The notes under the pieces are model-generated. The model saw only the letters and a list, made by a program, of their open reading frames with translations. It ran no database searches and was not told where the DNA came from. Shown here piece after piece: positions 10,405 to 20,498 of a stretch of DNA of 64,000 nt. Source of the stretch: an uncultured Alphaproteobacteria bacterium (GTDB taxonomy: Bacteria; Pseudomonadota; Alphaproteobacteria; RF32; CAG-239); the NCBI GenBank assembly GCA_934254675.1, contig CAKQLP010000002.1:15731-79730 (forward strand), in the 5' to 3' direction. The stretch's first letter is position 1; every line of letters begins with the position of its first letter. A program made the position numbers and the translations under genes.

Positions 10405-11403
10405 ATGATAAAAACAGCTGAAGCTGTGTCTTTGGGACACCCTGATAAAATTGCCGACTATATTTCAAGTTATATTTTGGACAGATGTTTGGAACAAGAT
10501 GCATCTGTACGTTATGGCGTTGAAGTTATGGTAAAAAATCAAACCGTGGTATTGGGTGGAGAAATCAGCGGTAAAATTTCGTTTGAGTTTATGGAAGAAC
10601 ATGTTCGTCAGGCTGTGCGTGAAATCGGGTATGATGAGAGATATGCAAAAATTTGGGGGAATAACGCTATTGACGCCGATAAATTGCGTGTTTTGGATTT
10701 GATTAGCTGTCAATCATCTGAAATTGCCCAAGGCGTGGCTCAAGATGGCTGGGGAGACCAAGGCGTTTTTGTCGGCTATGCGTGTCAAGGCGTTGGTAAT
10801 ATTCCGACGGAATTATATATGGCGCGGCATTTGTGTAAAGCTTTGTATGAAAAGGCTCGTTTAAGTGATAATTTAGGATTGGATATTAAAACCCAGATTT
10901 GTATGGATAAAGGTAAGATAAAAACTGCTGTGGTAGCAATTCCTATGAAGCAACAGGAGGAATTGCGTCTGTTTGTCGCTGAAGTTTTAGGGCAAGAACC
11001 GGAAAAACTGATTATTAATGGTACGGGGATATATACTTGCCATTCCAGCGTGGCTGATTGCGGTGTTACCGGACGCAAATTGGCCTGCGATTTTTATGGA
11101 GCATCTTGTCCGATTGGCGGCGGTTCTCCATGGACTAAAGACGCCAGTAAGGCTGATTTAACACTGAATTTGTATGCGCGGCGTTTGGCTGTCCAAAATT
11201 TGGCGGATAATGACGAGGCTTTTGTTTATTTGGCATCTTGCATTGGACATCCTGAGTTGTTAAACGCAGTTTTGACAACGCGAAAAGCTGATAAATCTTA
11301 TGATAAAACATTGTCGGTCGAAAGCCGTCCGTCAATATTAATTGAGCGCTTGGGCTTAAATAAGCCCGTTTTTGCCAAATTTTGTCGTGAAGGCTTAGTT
11401 TAA
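10405..11403 (+). CDS. metK: S-adenosylmethionine synthetase (compact 332-aa form)
   Basis: GHPDKIAD, GWGDQG and TGRKLACDFYG...GGGSPWTKD motifs align with bacterial MetK. The protein is shorter than the ~385-aa canonical enzyme. It is divergent from mtnN. Confidence 0.75.
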   Translation: MIKTAEAVSLGHPDKIADYISSYILDRCLEQDASVRYGVEVMVKNQTVVLGGEISGKISFEFMEEHVRQAVREIGYDERYAKIWGNNAIDADKLRVLDLISCQSSEIAQGVAQDGWGDQGVFVGYACQGVGNIPTELYMARHLCKALYEKARLSDNLGLDIKTQICMDKGKIKTAVVAIPMKQQEELRLFVAEVLGQEPEKLIINGTGIYTCHSSVADCGVTGRKLACDFYGASCPIGGGSPWTKDASKADLTLNLYARRLAVQNLADNDEAFVYLASCIGHPELLNAVLTTRKADKSYDKTLSVESRPSILIERLGLNKPVFAKFCREGLV

Positions 11404-11469
11404 TGCCGCTTGACAAGCTGAGTTGATTGCCGTATTTTGTCCTCAAGTTTTTAATTTGAGGACATTTTA

Positions 11470-13743
11470 TTGATGGAAAAACAAGAACTGTTGGCACCAG
11501 CCGGAGATATTGAAGCCGGCTATGCCGCTCTTTATTATGGGGCAGATGCGGTCTATTTGGGATTACCAAAATTTTCGGCCAGGGCGACCGCTACCAATTT
11601 TGATGAACCGGCGTTAAATGAGTTTACCGCGTATGCTCATCATTTGAAACGCAAAGTTTACGCGGCGATAAACACGGTTTTGCAAGAAGATGAATTGTCT
11701 GATTTGTTGCAAATGCTTGATATGTGCGTGCGTTGCCATATAGATGGTGTAATTTTACAAGATTTGGGCGTGGCTCGGGTGATGCGTGAAAAATATCCGC
11801 AGATAGAACGTCATGCCAGCACGCAAATGGCTGTGCATAATAAAGAAGGCGCTCTATTTTTACAAAAAATGGGATTTAAACGGGTCGTTTTAGCCCGAGA
11901 ACTGACGTTGGCCGAAATTAAGGAAATTGCCGCTATTCCAAATTTGGAAACCGAAGCTTTTATTCATGGCGCACTTTGCTACTCTTATAGCGGGTTGTGT
12001 CAATTTTCTGCTTTGGAATATGGACGTAGCGCTAATCGTGGAAAATGTTTATATCCCTGTCGTTCTAGTTTTGAGTGTGATGGAAAAAAAGCTCATTTTT
12101 TCTCAATGAAGGATATGGCTTTGCAAGAAAAAGTATTGCAAATGCCTGTAACATCATTAAAAATTGAAGGACGTAAAAAATCGGCATTGTATGTGGCGTC
12201 TGTGACAGATTATTATCGTCGGATTTTAGATGGCAAAGGGGCGGATATTGTTTGTGAAGAGCATATTAAGCAAATTTTTTCTCGTCCATGGTGCCAATTT
12301 CATTTTGAGGGTAAAAATAAAGATATTATAGATCGTGATTTTGTTGGGCATCGTGGTTTGTCTGTGGGCAAAGTTGAAGGATGCGAGAATGGATGGTTGC
12401 GTTTTAAAACGTCACATAAAATTTCTCGCCACGATGGGTTGCAGATAGATATTCCAAGTATGGAAAAACCATTTGGCTTCTCGGTGCAAAAAATACGTGT
12501 GAATAGGCAAAATGTTTTTGAGGCAAAAGCAAATAATATTGTTGAGGTGGAATTGCCTCACCAATGTCCAAAACTTGATAAAGGATGGATAATTTATTTA
12601 GCTTCGTCAAGTGAGGTAAAAGGGGCTTATCATTATGAAAAACCTAAAGCAGAATTATATCGAAATACCAATAATATAAATGTTGATGTTAATGTTTTAG
12701 ATAATAAGATAACAGCTTCATCCGGTGTTTATAGTGTTTCTGTTGAGGGTAACTTTACACCGGCAAATAATCCGCAAAAAAGTATTGAGGCAATTAGAAC
12801 AGCATTTGCTAAAACCGGTGATACAAACTTTAACTTGGTTGAATTACATATTGAAAATCCAAATAATTTATTTACACCATCGTCTTTACTAAATGAACTG
12901 CGGAGAAATCTTTATGGGCAAATTAAGTTTGAACAACCAATAGTGGATTTGCCAAAGACGGAGGTTCGTCAAAAAATAAATTGGCAACCTAAATTTGCAG
13001 TAAAAGTTGACGATATTAATTGTTTGAAAAAAATTGATTTAAATAATATAAGTGAAATCATTTATTTAATAAATCCAAATAGTGATTTAAGCTGTTTAAG
13101 CAAATTGCCTAAAAACAAAGTGAGGATTGCTTTGCCGGCAGTTTGTCGTCATCCGAAACTGTATGCGGATATTATTGCCAATCTGCTTGCCGGTGGCTAT
13201 AAAAAATGGGAGGTCGCCAACTACTGGGCTTTAGATGTTTTGCCATTGAATCAATTGGATATTAGTTTTGATTCGTCTTTGTATATGTTGAATACTCAGG
13301 CAATAGCTATGGCCGAGGAAATAGGTGCTTCGCAAATTACATTATCACTTGAAGATACAAAATTAAATATTTGTAAATTAATAGAAAAATCATCATTAAA
13401 AACAAGCCTTGTTATATATCAGGATGTTCCTTTATTTACAAGTGTCGGCTGTATTCGAGATAATCTTTGCCGCAGTTGTCAGCATGAAGAAAAATGGTTT
13501 GATTTAGCGAAAGACGGGCACAAATATAAAGCATTATCTCGGGATTGCCAAATAATGTTGTTTGATGCAAAACCATATTGCGTGGCATCCGAAGCAAAGG
13601 ATATGCAACCGGATTATTTTCGAATGGATTTTTGCTATTATCCATATACGGCTGAAAATGTTTTGAATATTGTTAATAAATTAGTTAAATTTAATGATGT
13701 ATCTAATTGCATTAAAGGAAATTTTATTAATAATAATATTTGA
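11470..13743 (+). CDS. U32 family peptidase (long form with C-terminal extension)
   Basis: N-terminal ELLAPAGD..A..GADAVYLG, typical of peptidase U32 (collagenase-like). Confidence 0.8.
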   Translation: MMEKQELLAPAGDIEAGYAALYYGADAVYLGLPKFSARATATNFDEPALNEFTAYAHHLKRKVYAAINTVLQEDELSDLLQMLDMCVRCHIDGVILQDLGVARVMREKYPQIERHASTQMAVHNKEGALFLQKMGFKRVVLARELTLAEIKEIAAIPNLETEAFIHGALCYSYSGLCQFSALEYGRSANRGKCLYPCRSSFECDGKKAHFFSMKDMALQEKVLQMPVTSLKIEGRKKSALYVASVTDYYRRILDGKGADIVCEEHIKQIFSRPWCQFHFEGKNKDIIDRDFVGHRGLSVGKVEGCENGWLRFKTSHKISRHDGLQIDIPSMEKPFGFSVQKIRVNRQNVFEAKANNIVEVELPHQCPKLDKGWIIYLASSSEVKGAYHYEKPKAELYRNTNNINVDVNVLDNKITASSGVYSVSVEGNFTPANNPQKSIEAIRTAFAKTGDTNFNLVELHIENPNNLFTPSSLLNELRRNLYGQIKFEQPIVDLPKTEVRQKINWQPKFAVKVDDINCLKKIDLNNISEIIYLINPNSDLSCLSKLPKNKVRIALPAVCRHPKLYADIIANLLAGGYKKWEVANYWALDVLPLNQLDISFDSSLYMLNTQAIAMAEEIGASQITLSLEDTKLNICKLIEKSSLKTSLVIYQDVPLFTSVGCIRDNLCRSCQHEEKWFDLAKDGHKYKALSRDCQIMLFDAKPYCVASEAKDMQPDYFRMDFCYYPYTAENVLNIVNKLVKFNDVSNCIKGNFINNNI

Positions 13744-13831
13744 TATTAATATGGTTGTTAAAAAATGCACTCGTATTTTTACTAATACAAGTGCATTTTA
13801 TTTTCAGTAATTTTTTTATGTCAAAAAATGG

Positions 13832-14890
13832 TTATAAAGATTGCAATATTGCATCTATACCCAGTTGGTGATGAAACAAAATTATAAAGTAGATTAAAGC
13901 TGAAAAAATTGCAAAAATAACCAAAATATTAATATAGACTGATGATTTTTTAGGCAAGGTTCCTTTTAATCCTTCATCGCAAGCATAGCTGATATAGATG
14001 CGGCAAGCAGATATAATGTAAAGAGGCCTAAAAATAAGCATGATAACCAATAACGCTACAATCATAGGAATGCCGGCATATTTATAAAAAGAATACATGT
14101 CGTTCTTGGCTGGAATATCATCCAGAAAGGCAAAGAATAATATTGTACCAATATAACATCCAATACCGACAATCCAACAGATTAAAGAATATCCTAAACG
14201 TAATTTTATTAGAGGTAAAAAACGTTTTTTGGCGAGATTGAGAGAATCTTGGCATGCTTCTTTAAATGACCTTCCAAATAAAAGAGCCGGTACAAAACCA
14301 AGAGTTAACATTTTCCATATTTGATAAATTATTTCATTATAAGCTCGTACCGACGCAGGTGTTCTATTATTTTTTTTAGGCAGGCGTTCTATAATTCGTT
14401 TTATGGTCCACCAACCATCTATCCATGAAAAAATCCAGATTGTTCCACTGTGTTTTAAGGCAATTTTGAAACAATCTGTGAATGTTGATTCTTTGTTTTG
14501 AAAGCGCAAAATACAAGAGGCGTTCATACATGCCGTTAAAATACCTAAAGGGTATGCCGCAAGACCAACGCAAGCTAAAGACCACAACCATAAAATTAAA
14601 TCAGCATATTTATTGTAAGAGTCTCCGTTTTCTGCTTTTTCCCAAATTTCTTCAGGTATCCAGCTTAGCACTTGTACCCATATATAATAGGCAAGAACAA
14701 TACAGCCCCATTGCAAAAGCGCAAAAACAATATTTTCTTTTTCTGTTAAAACAAAGCGCAATGAAGTGGCTATGCTTCTGAAAAAGCCGCCGACTGAGCC
14801 AAAGTATCCGGGATTTTCGGAAAAATCTATTTCCTTGTATGCTTTTAATTTCAGATTGTTTAATTCATTTTTTATTGGGATAAGGGACAT
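13832..14890 (-). CDS. hypothetical integral membrane protein (352 aa)
   Basis: Multiple hydrophobic segments. No recognised motif. Confidence 0.45.
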   Translation of the reverse strand: MSLIPIKNELNNLKLKAYKEIDFSENPGYFGSVGGFFRSIATSLRFVLTEKENIVFALLQWGCIVLAYYIWVQVLSWIPEEIWEKAENGDSYNKYADLILWLWSLACVGLAAYPLGILTACMNASCILRFQNKESTFTDCFKIALKHSGTIWIFSWIDGWWTIKRIIERLPKKNNRTPASVRAYNEIIYQIWKMLTLGFVPALLFGRSFKEACQDSLNLAKKRFLPLIKLRLGYSLICWIVGIGCYIGTILFFAFLDDIPAKNDMYSFYKYAGIPMIVALLVIMLIFRPLYIISACRIYISYACDEGLKGTLPKKSSVYINILVIFAIFSALIYFIILFHHQLGIDAILQSL

Positions 14891-14949
14891 GAGTTTTCTC
14901 CAAGGCTAATAATTTTTTAAATAGTACATAAATATTAAGTGAGTTGCAA

Positions 14950-14980
14950 TGAAAAACGCCCCAGAAAAGGGGCGTTGTGT
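14950..14980. terminator. Rho-independent terminator
   Basis: AACGCCCC-agaaaa-GGGGCGTT hairpin with flanking A/T runs. Confidence 0.5.
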
Positions 14981-15000
14981 AAAAAAATAAACCAGCTAAA

Positions 15001-15264
15001 TTAAATATCTAGGGCTTTACGATATGTGTCAACAACCAATTCTTGTTCATCACGATCAGCAGCGTTCATTTTGCGTAATTTTAAAACTGTCCGCATAGCC
15101 TTGACATCAAATCCGGCAGATTTTGCTTCGGCAAAAATATCGCGGATGTCGCTTTGAATACCTTTTTTTTCTTCTTCCAAACGTTCAATGCGTTCAATCA
15201 GCGAGCGCAAACGATCAACGGCAACACCGCCGACTTCTGTTGTTACATTTTCTTCAGCCATTGT
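15001..15264 (-). CDS. GapR-like DUF2312 family DNA-binding protein
   Basis: The segment IERIERLEEEKKGIQSDIRDIFAEAKSAGFDVKAMRTVLKLRK matches the conserved core of the DUF2312/GapR family, which is mostly alphaproteobacterial. Confidence 0.65.
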   Translation of the reverse strand, partial: TMAEENVTTEVGGVAVDRLRSLIERIERLEEEKKGIQSDIRDIFAEAKSAGFDVKAMRTVLKLRKMNAADRDEQELVVDTYRKALDI

Positions 15265-15409
15265 TTTTCTCCTATAAAAATTTTCTTTCCAGTTTGTAGC
15301 AAACAAAAATACTTTTGACAAGTGTAATTTTTATCTAAATATTCTCTTTAAACTAATAAGTTTTTAACCTATATGGGTATATAGTTGTACTAAATTAATT
15401 TTTTTAGAG

Positions 15410-16840
15410 GTGAAAACAATGCCAATAGATACACATACAAAAATTTTAGCAACCGTCGGTCCGGCCACAGCATCGGAAGAAATGTTGGAAAAATTGGTTC
15501 AGTCCGGCGTGGACGCTTTTCGTTTTAACTTTAGTCATGGCACGCATGAAGAACATGCCGAGCGTTATCAAACCGTGCGTAAACTGGCAGAAAAGTATCG
15601 CAGACATTTGACGGTTATTGCCGATATGCAAGGACCAAAACTAAGGGTTGGAACATTTAAATCTGATAAAGTTCTGCTAAAAAATGGTAGCGTTTTTGTG
15701 TTGGATATGAATGATGAACCAGGGGATGAAACCCGTGTTATGCTTCCGCATAAAGAAATTTTTGAAGCGGTAAAAGCCGGAGATATGCTGTTATTAAATG
15801 ATGGCAATATTGAATTAAAAGTTCTCAAAAAAGATGGTTATAAAATGGAAACGGAAGTTGTTGTGGGTGGCTATTTGTCCGCACATAAGGGTGTAAATTT
15901 ACCAAATGTGAAATTGCCGATTTCCGCTATTACCGAAAAAGATAAAATAGATTTGCAATTTGCTCTTTCTTTGGGCGTGGACTGGATTTGCCTTTCTTTT
16001 GTTCAAAGTGTAGAAGATGTCCGCATGGCTCGTAAGTTGATAGATGGCAAAGCTTGGATTATTTCAAAGTTAGAAAAGCCAAGTGCTATTGATGAACTTG
16101 ACGATATTGTAAAGGAATCTGACGGAATTATGGTTGCTCGTGGTGATTTGGGGGTTGAATGCCCAATCCAGACAGTTCCTATTTTGCAAAAGCGTATTGT
16201 TAAAACATGTCGAAAATATGCCAGACCGGTAATTGTGGCCACTCAGATGTTGGAGTCTATGATTGGGAACCCGACACCGACAAGAGCAGAAGTTTCTGAT
16301 GTCGCTACCGCGGTTTATGACGGTGCTGATGCGGTTATGCTGTCGGCCGAAACGGCAACCGGCGGATATCCAGCGGAAACGGTTTCAATGATGCACAATA
16401 TTATTACACAGGTTGAAAATGATCGCACTTATTATTCATGTATTCAGCGTGATAAAGATTTGTCCGGTTGTGAAGATATGGCTGATGCCATTACTTATGC
16501 GGCCAGTGAAATGTCTGATGTTCTTCCGAATGTTGCCGCTGTTGTAACTTATACAGTGTCTGGATTTACAACTTTGTCTATGGCACGCGAACGTCCTGAT
16601 TTACCGATTTTGGCCGTGACTAATTCATTAGAGGTGGCTCGTCGTATGGGTATTGTTTGGGGTGTTAAGAGTTTTGTTAAAAATGAAACATTCCAAAATT
16701 TTGACGGGATGGAACAAACAGCAATTGATGTTGCGGCAGAAAGTCATTTAGGAAAAAAAGGTGACTATTTGATTATTACCGCCGGATATCCAATCGGTCA
16801 TAAAGGTATGACAAATTTAATACATACCGTTCAAATATAA
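15410..16840 (+). CDS. pyk: pyruvate kinase
   Basis: TKILATVGPA N-terminus and MVARGDLGVE motif. Length 476 aa. Confidence 0.9.
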   Translation: MKTMPIDTHTKILATVGPATASEEMLEKLVQSGVDAFRFNFSHGTHEEHAERYQTVRKLAEKYRRHLTVIADMQGPKLRVGTFKSDKVLLKNGSVFVLDMNDEPGDETRVMLPHKEIFEAVKAGDMLLLNDGNIELKVLKKDGYKMETEVVVGGYLSAHKGVNLPNVKLPISAITEKDKIDLQFALSLGVDWICLSFVQSVEDVRMARKLIDGKAWIISKLEKPSAIDELDDIVKESDGIMVARGDLGVECPIQTVPILQKRIVKTCRKYARPVIVATQMLESMIGNPTPTRAEVSDVATAVYDGADAVMLSAETATGGYPAETVSMMHNIITQVENDRTYYSCIQRDKDLSGCEDMADAITYAASEMSDVLPNVAAVVTYTVSGFTTLSMARERPDLPILAVTNSLEVARRMGIVWGVKSFVKNETFQNFDGMEQTAIDVAAESHLGKKGDYLIITAGYPIGHKGMTNLIHTVQI

Positions 16841-16858
16841 TGTAGTTTGAATAGTGAT

Positions 16859-16899
16859 ATTTCCTTATGGATATAAAGGCCATAAGGAAATATTTTTTT
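16859..16899. terminator. bidirectional Rho-independent terminator (pyk / MATE convergent pair)
   Basis: TTTCCTTATGG-(N9)-CCATAAGGAAA hairpin followed by T7. Confidence 0.55.
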
Positions 16900-18247
16900 A
16901 AATATTCAAAGATTTATGTGTATGGTTTTGCCAAAAATAAAATAAGACAACAACTAAAAAAGTAAATGTTTCCGAAATTGGCATGGCAAGCCATATACCC
17001 TTTGTACCCATAAGTTTTGGTAAAAGAATAAATGCGGGAACTAAAAATATAAATCCGCGAAACAAGGCGAAAAAAAGAGCAGGTCTTATTTTTTCTAAGC
17101 TTTGAAAATAGCCAATAACTGTTAGATTGATTATAAAACAGACAAAACCAGTCGCAAAATAAGGAAAACCATGTATAGCCAGTTGGGCTGCCGGACTGTC
17201 GTTTTGTAGAAATAGACCAACCATGAATGACGGAAAAACACAAAAGATTGTTGTAACAAGCATGCCGCAAACCAAAGCTGTTGTTAAGGCCAATTTTACA
17301 GTAGATTGCACTCTGTCGTGGAACCCTAAACCATAATTATAGCTGATAATCGGTTGGGCCGACTGGGCAATGGCATTACCGACCATAAAAACAAATGGTG
17401 TGTAATAACAGCAAACACCAAAAGCGCCTACACCGGCATCACCTAAATATTTCATAAATATCTGGTTGCCTGTAAACATCAAAATGGCCATAGTGGCTTC
17501 GCCAATCATGGCTGAAGAGCCAATTCGGCATTGATTAACAATGCCTTTGGCAAATAAAGGAAAGCCTCGTAAGTTAATTTGAATAGGGTATAATTTGAGA
17601 TTTTTGGCTTTGTATAATAAATAACACAGAGTCAGAATTCCGCCAACAATCGTTGCTATGGTTGTCGCTAACGCGGCTCCCATGACACCCATGTGAAGTG
17701 GAAACATGAATAGCCAATCTAAAAACGTATTAATAACAGCTTCAATAATTGTAAGCCACATGGCTAATTGCGGAGCTCCGTCCAAACGGATGATAAACAG
17801 GCCTAACGATGACCACATTAGAAAAACAAATGATGGTAAAATCCAAAGCAGGTAAGTTTTTACATGGTTTAACAAATAATCGGAAGAGCCTAAAATATAA
17901 GCAGTTTTATCAGGAAAAAACAGCATCAATCCGGAAAGGCAAAGAGCAAAAATAGAAACGAATAATAAAGATTGTGACACATTGAGCCGTGCCAGTTTTA
18001 TTTTGCCTTTAGCTAATGCCAACGAAGCAATGACTGAACTACCGATACCCGCCATTAATCCAATTCCGGTAAATATCATAAAAAGAGGCGCTGTGATGTT
18101 TATGGCGGCAATGCCGTCGCTGCCGACACTTTGACCGACAAACATGCCGTCAATAGCTGTAAAGGTACATATGCTAATCATACCGAACAATGTCGGAATA
18201 AAAATTTTTTGAAATAAAACTGAGATATTTTCTGTACCAAAGTTCAT
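16898..18247 (-). CDS. MATE family efflux transporter
   Basis: 449 aa with 12 TM segments and MATE-type repeats (..GNAIAQSAQPIISYNYG..). Confidence 0.8.
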   Translation of the reverse strand: MNFGTENISVLFQKIFIPTLFGMISICTFTAIDGMFVGQSVGSDGIAAINITAPLFMIFTGIGLMAGIGSSVIASLALAKGKIKLARLNVSQSLLFVSIFALCLSGLMLFFPDKTAYILGSSDYLLNHVKTYLLWILPSFVFLMWSSLGLFIIRLDGAPQLAMWLTIIEAVINTFLDWLFMFPLHMGVMGAALATTIATIVGGILTLCYLLYKAKNLKLYPIQINLRGFPLFAKGIVNQCRIGSSAMIGEATMAILMFTGNQIFMKYLGDAGVGAFGVCCYYTPFVFMVGNAIAQSAQPIISYNYGLGFHDRVQSTVKLALTTALVCGMLVTTIFCVFPSFMVGLFLQNDSPAAQLAIHGFPYFATGFVCFIINLTVIGYFQSLEKIRPALFFALFRGFIFLVPAFILLPKLMGTKGIWLAMPISETFTFLVVVLFYFWQNHTHKSLNI

Positions 18248-18393
18248 AAAATCACCATAAAATAAAGTAGCTTAAATATAAAAAAAAGACCGGTATAATA
18301 ATTGGTTTTGCCCAGTCATCTTATCCGGCTTCAAACCTCCGATGAGGAATATAAAACTGTTATCAGCCTATATATAAGCAATATTTAAAAGTG

Positions 18394-19110
18394 TCAAGCA
18401 TCTTTGTTCGCATCGTTTTCCAACTCGTGGTCGTCGATGGAATAGCCGGTGGCGCGAATGGTGCGGATATAGTCGGAGCCAAATTCGTTGAGGGCTTTGC
18501 GCAAGCGGCGGATATGCACATCTACGGTGCGGGTTTCAACATATACGCTGTTTCCCCAGACTTCGCGCAACAAATCTTCACGAGAAAAAACATGGCGCGG
18601 GTTGGCAATTAATAATTTTAAAATTCTAAATTCGGTTGGTCCTAAACGCACATAATTTTCGCCGCGAAAAACTTTTTTCTCAATAGTATCCAAGCGGATA
18701 TCTTGAAAGATGTATTCTTTTTGGGTTAATTGCGAAGTGGTGCTGACACGGCGCAAATTGGTTTTTATGCGTGCTAAAAGTTCAGGAATGGAAAAAGGTT
18801 TGGTCACATAATCATCTGCACCGGCCGAAAGTCCGATAACCTTGTCTTCTTCCTGACTTTTTGCTGTCAGCATGATAATCGGAATGCTTTTTAAATCTGG
18901 ATTATTACGAATGATTTTACAGAGTTCCAAACCAGACATTTCCGGTAGCATCCAGTCCAATAAAATCAACGATGGCAAATGTTTTTCCACAGCAGTCAGC
19001 ACGCGGTTTCCGTGAGAAACTGTGATTGTTGTGTAACCATTTTTTTCCAAGTTATATTTCAGTAAAAGGGCAATCGCCTGTTCATCTTCAACAATCATTA
19101 TTGTCGCCAT
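18394..19110 (-). CDS. phoB: OmpR/PhoB-family winged-helix response regulator (PhoB-like)
   Basis: Receiver motifs (IMIVEDE, LILLDWMLP, KS at ..LTAKS..) and a C-terminal wHTH (VYVETRTVDVHIRRLRKAL) very similar to PhoB. No adjacent histidine kinase. Confidence 0.75.
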   Translation of the reverse strand: MATIMIVEDEQAIALLLKYNLEKNGYTTITVSHGNRVLTAVEKHLPSLILLDWMLPEMSGLELCKIIRNNPDLKSIPIIMLTAKSQEEDKVIGLSAGADDYVTKPFSIPELLARIKTNLRRVSTTSQLTQKEYIFQDIRLDTIEKKVFRGENYVRLGPTEFRILKLLIANPRHVFSREDLLREVWGNSVYVETRTVDVHIRRLRKALNEFGSDYIRTIRATGYSIDDHELENDANKDA

Positions 19111-19760
19111 TATTTTTCTCCCGCTAGATGTAGTTGACGGATAATTTCCGTTGGATTGTCGCTTTTAAATATGGCGGAACCGGCCACTAGTGTGTCAGCT
19201 CCTTGTTTTACGCAAAGTTTGGCTGTTTCAATATTGATTCCGCCGTCAACTTCTATTGTTATGTTGCGTGAACCGACAATCTTTTTGGCTTCGGCTATTT
19301 TCGGTAACATGTTTTGCATAAATTTTTGTCCGCCAAACCCCGGTTCCACTGTCATAATCAGGATATTATCTATATCTTCCAAAAACGGGCGTAAAATTTG
19401 CACCGGAGTATCTGGTTTTACAGAGACACCGGCTTTTAGTCCGACAGATTTTATTTGCGCTAAAACCGAATGTAAATTTTGACAGGCTTCATAATGTACA
19501 GTTATCAAATCTGCTCCGCTTGTTAAAAATTGCGGCAAAAATTTTTCTGGATTTTCAACCATTAAATGAGCGTCAAAAAAAAGTCGGCTTTGAGGTCTCA
19601 ATTGTTTTATCATATTCGCGCCAAAGCTTAAATTTGGCACAAAATGACCATCCATAATATCCAAATGCAACCAATCGGCTCCATTTTTTTCCACATTTGC
19701 CACTTCGTCCGCCAAATGTCCAAAGTCTGCCGCTAAAAGACTAGGTGCCACTAAAACCAT
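19110..19760 (-). CDS. rpe: ribulose-phosphate 3-epimerase
   Basis: MVLVAPSLLAADF...HLDIMDGHFVPN...HLMV motifs. Confidence 0.9.
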   Translation of the reverse strand: MVLVAPSLLAADFGHLADEVANVEKNGADWLHLDIMDGHFVPNLSFGANMIKQLRPQSRLFFDAHLMVENPEKFLPQFLTSGADLITVHYEACQNLHSVLAQIKSVGLKAGVSVKPDTPVQILRPFLEDIDNILIMTVEPGFGGQKFMQNMLPKIAEAKKIVGSRNITIEVDGGINIETAKLCVKQGADTLVAGSAIFKSDNPTEIIRQLHLAGEK

Positions 19761-19883
19761 ATTTGTCTCCTTACTTTTCTTATTTTTGAGATTAAACTTA
19801 AAAGATTAAATAGTCGTAAACGTTGATTTCGTTTATTGAATGATTATGTATTATTCCGTTCAATTAAAAAAAGGAGAGATACA

Positions 19884-20375
19884 ATGGGTGAAATGGCTAA
19901 AAAAATTGTAAAAATGGATTTAGACGAATTATTAAAAGTTTTAAATGAGGCATACTCTGAAGAATGGTTGGCCTATTATCAATATTGGCTGGGGGCAAAA
20001 TTGGCGTATGGACCGGAACGTCCCAGCGTGGTGAAAGAGTTTGAAGAACACGCCGGCGAAGAGTTAAAGCACGCGGATTGGTTGGCTAATCGAATTTTGC
20101 AACTTGGCGGAACACCGGCAATCAGTCCGGAAGAATGGGGGCGCTTGGCGCATTGTAAATATATGCCTCCAAAATCAGCTGAAGTTCTTGCTTTGGTTAA
20201 AGATAATTTGGCGGCCGAACGTTGCGCAATTGATCGTTACCAGCGTTTGTGCGATATGACTGAGGGTAAAGACCATGAAACTTTTCGCATTTCCCGCAAA
20301 ATACTTAAAGAAGAACTGGAACATGAACAGGAAATGGAGGATTTTGTGGCAGATCTAAAAGACAAACATATTTAG
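19884..20375 (+). CDS. ferritin-like (bacterioferritin/Dps-like) domain protein
   Basis: Four-helix-bundle ferritin-like di-iron ligand pattern (E..H...E...E..H). AAGGAG RBS precedes the ATG at 19884. Confidence 0.55.
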   Translation: MGEMAKKIVKMDLDELLKVLNEAYSEEWLAYYQYWLGAKLAYGPERPSVVKEFEEHAGEELKHADWLANRILQLGGTPAISPEEWGRLAHCKYMPPKSAEVLALVKDNLAAERCAIDRYQRLCDMTEGKDHETFRISRKILKEELEHEQEMEDFVADLKDKHI

Positions 20376-20498
20376 GATAAGGCTAAATTTCAGTATATTA
20401 ATTGCTGTTTTATGTATTAAAACGGCAATTAATTTTTTATACAGTTAAAAGCCGTGCAGAAATTATAAAAGTCGGTTGATTATTGGAATTATTCAGCT

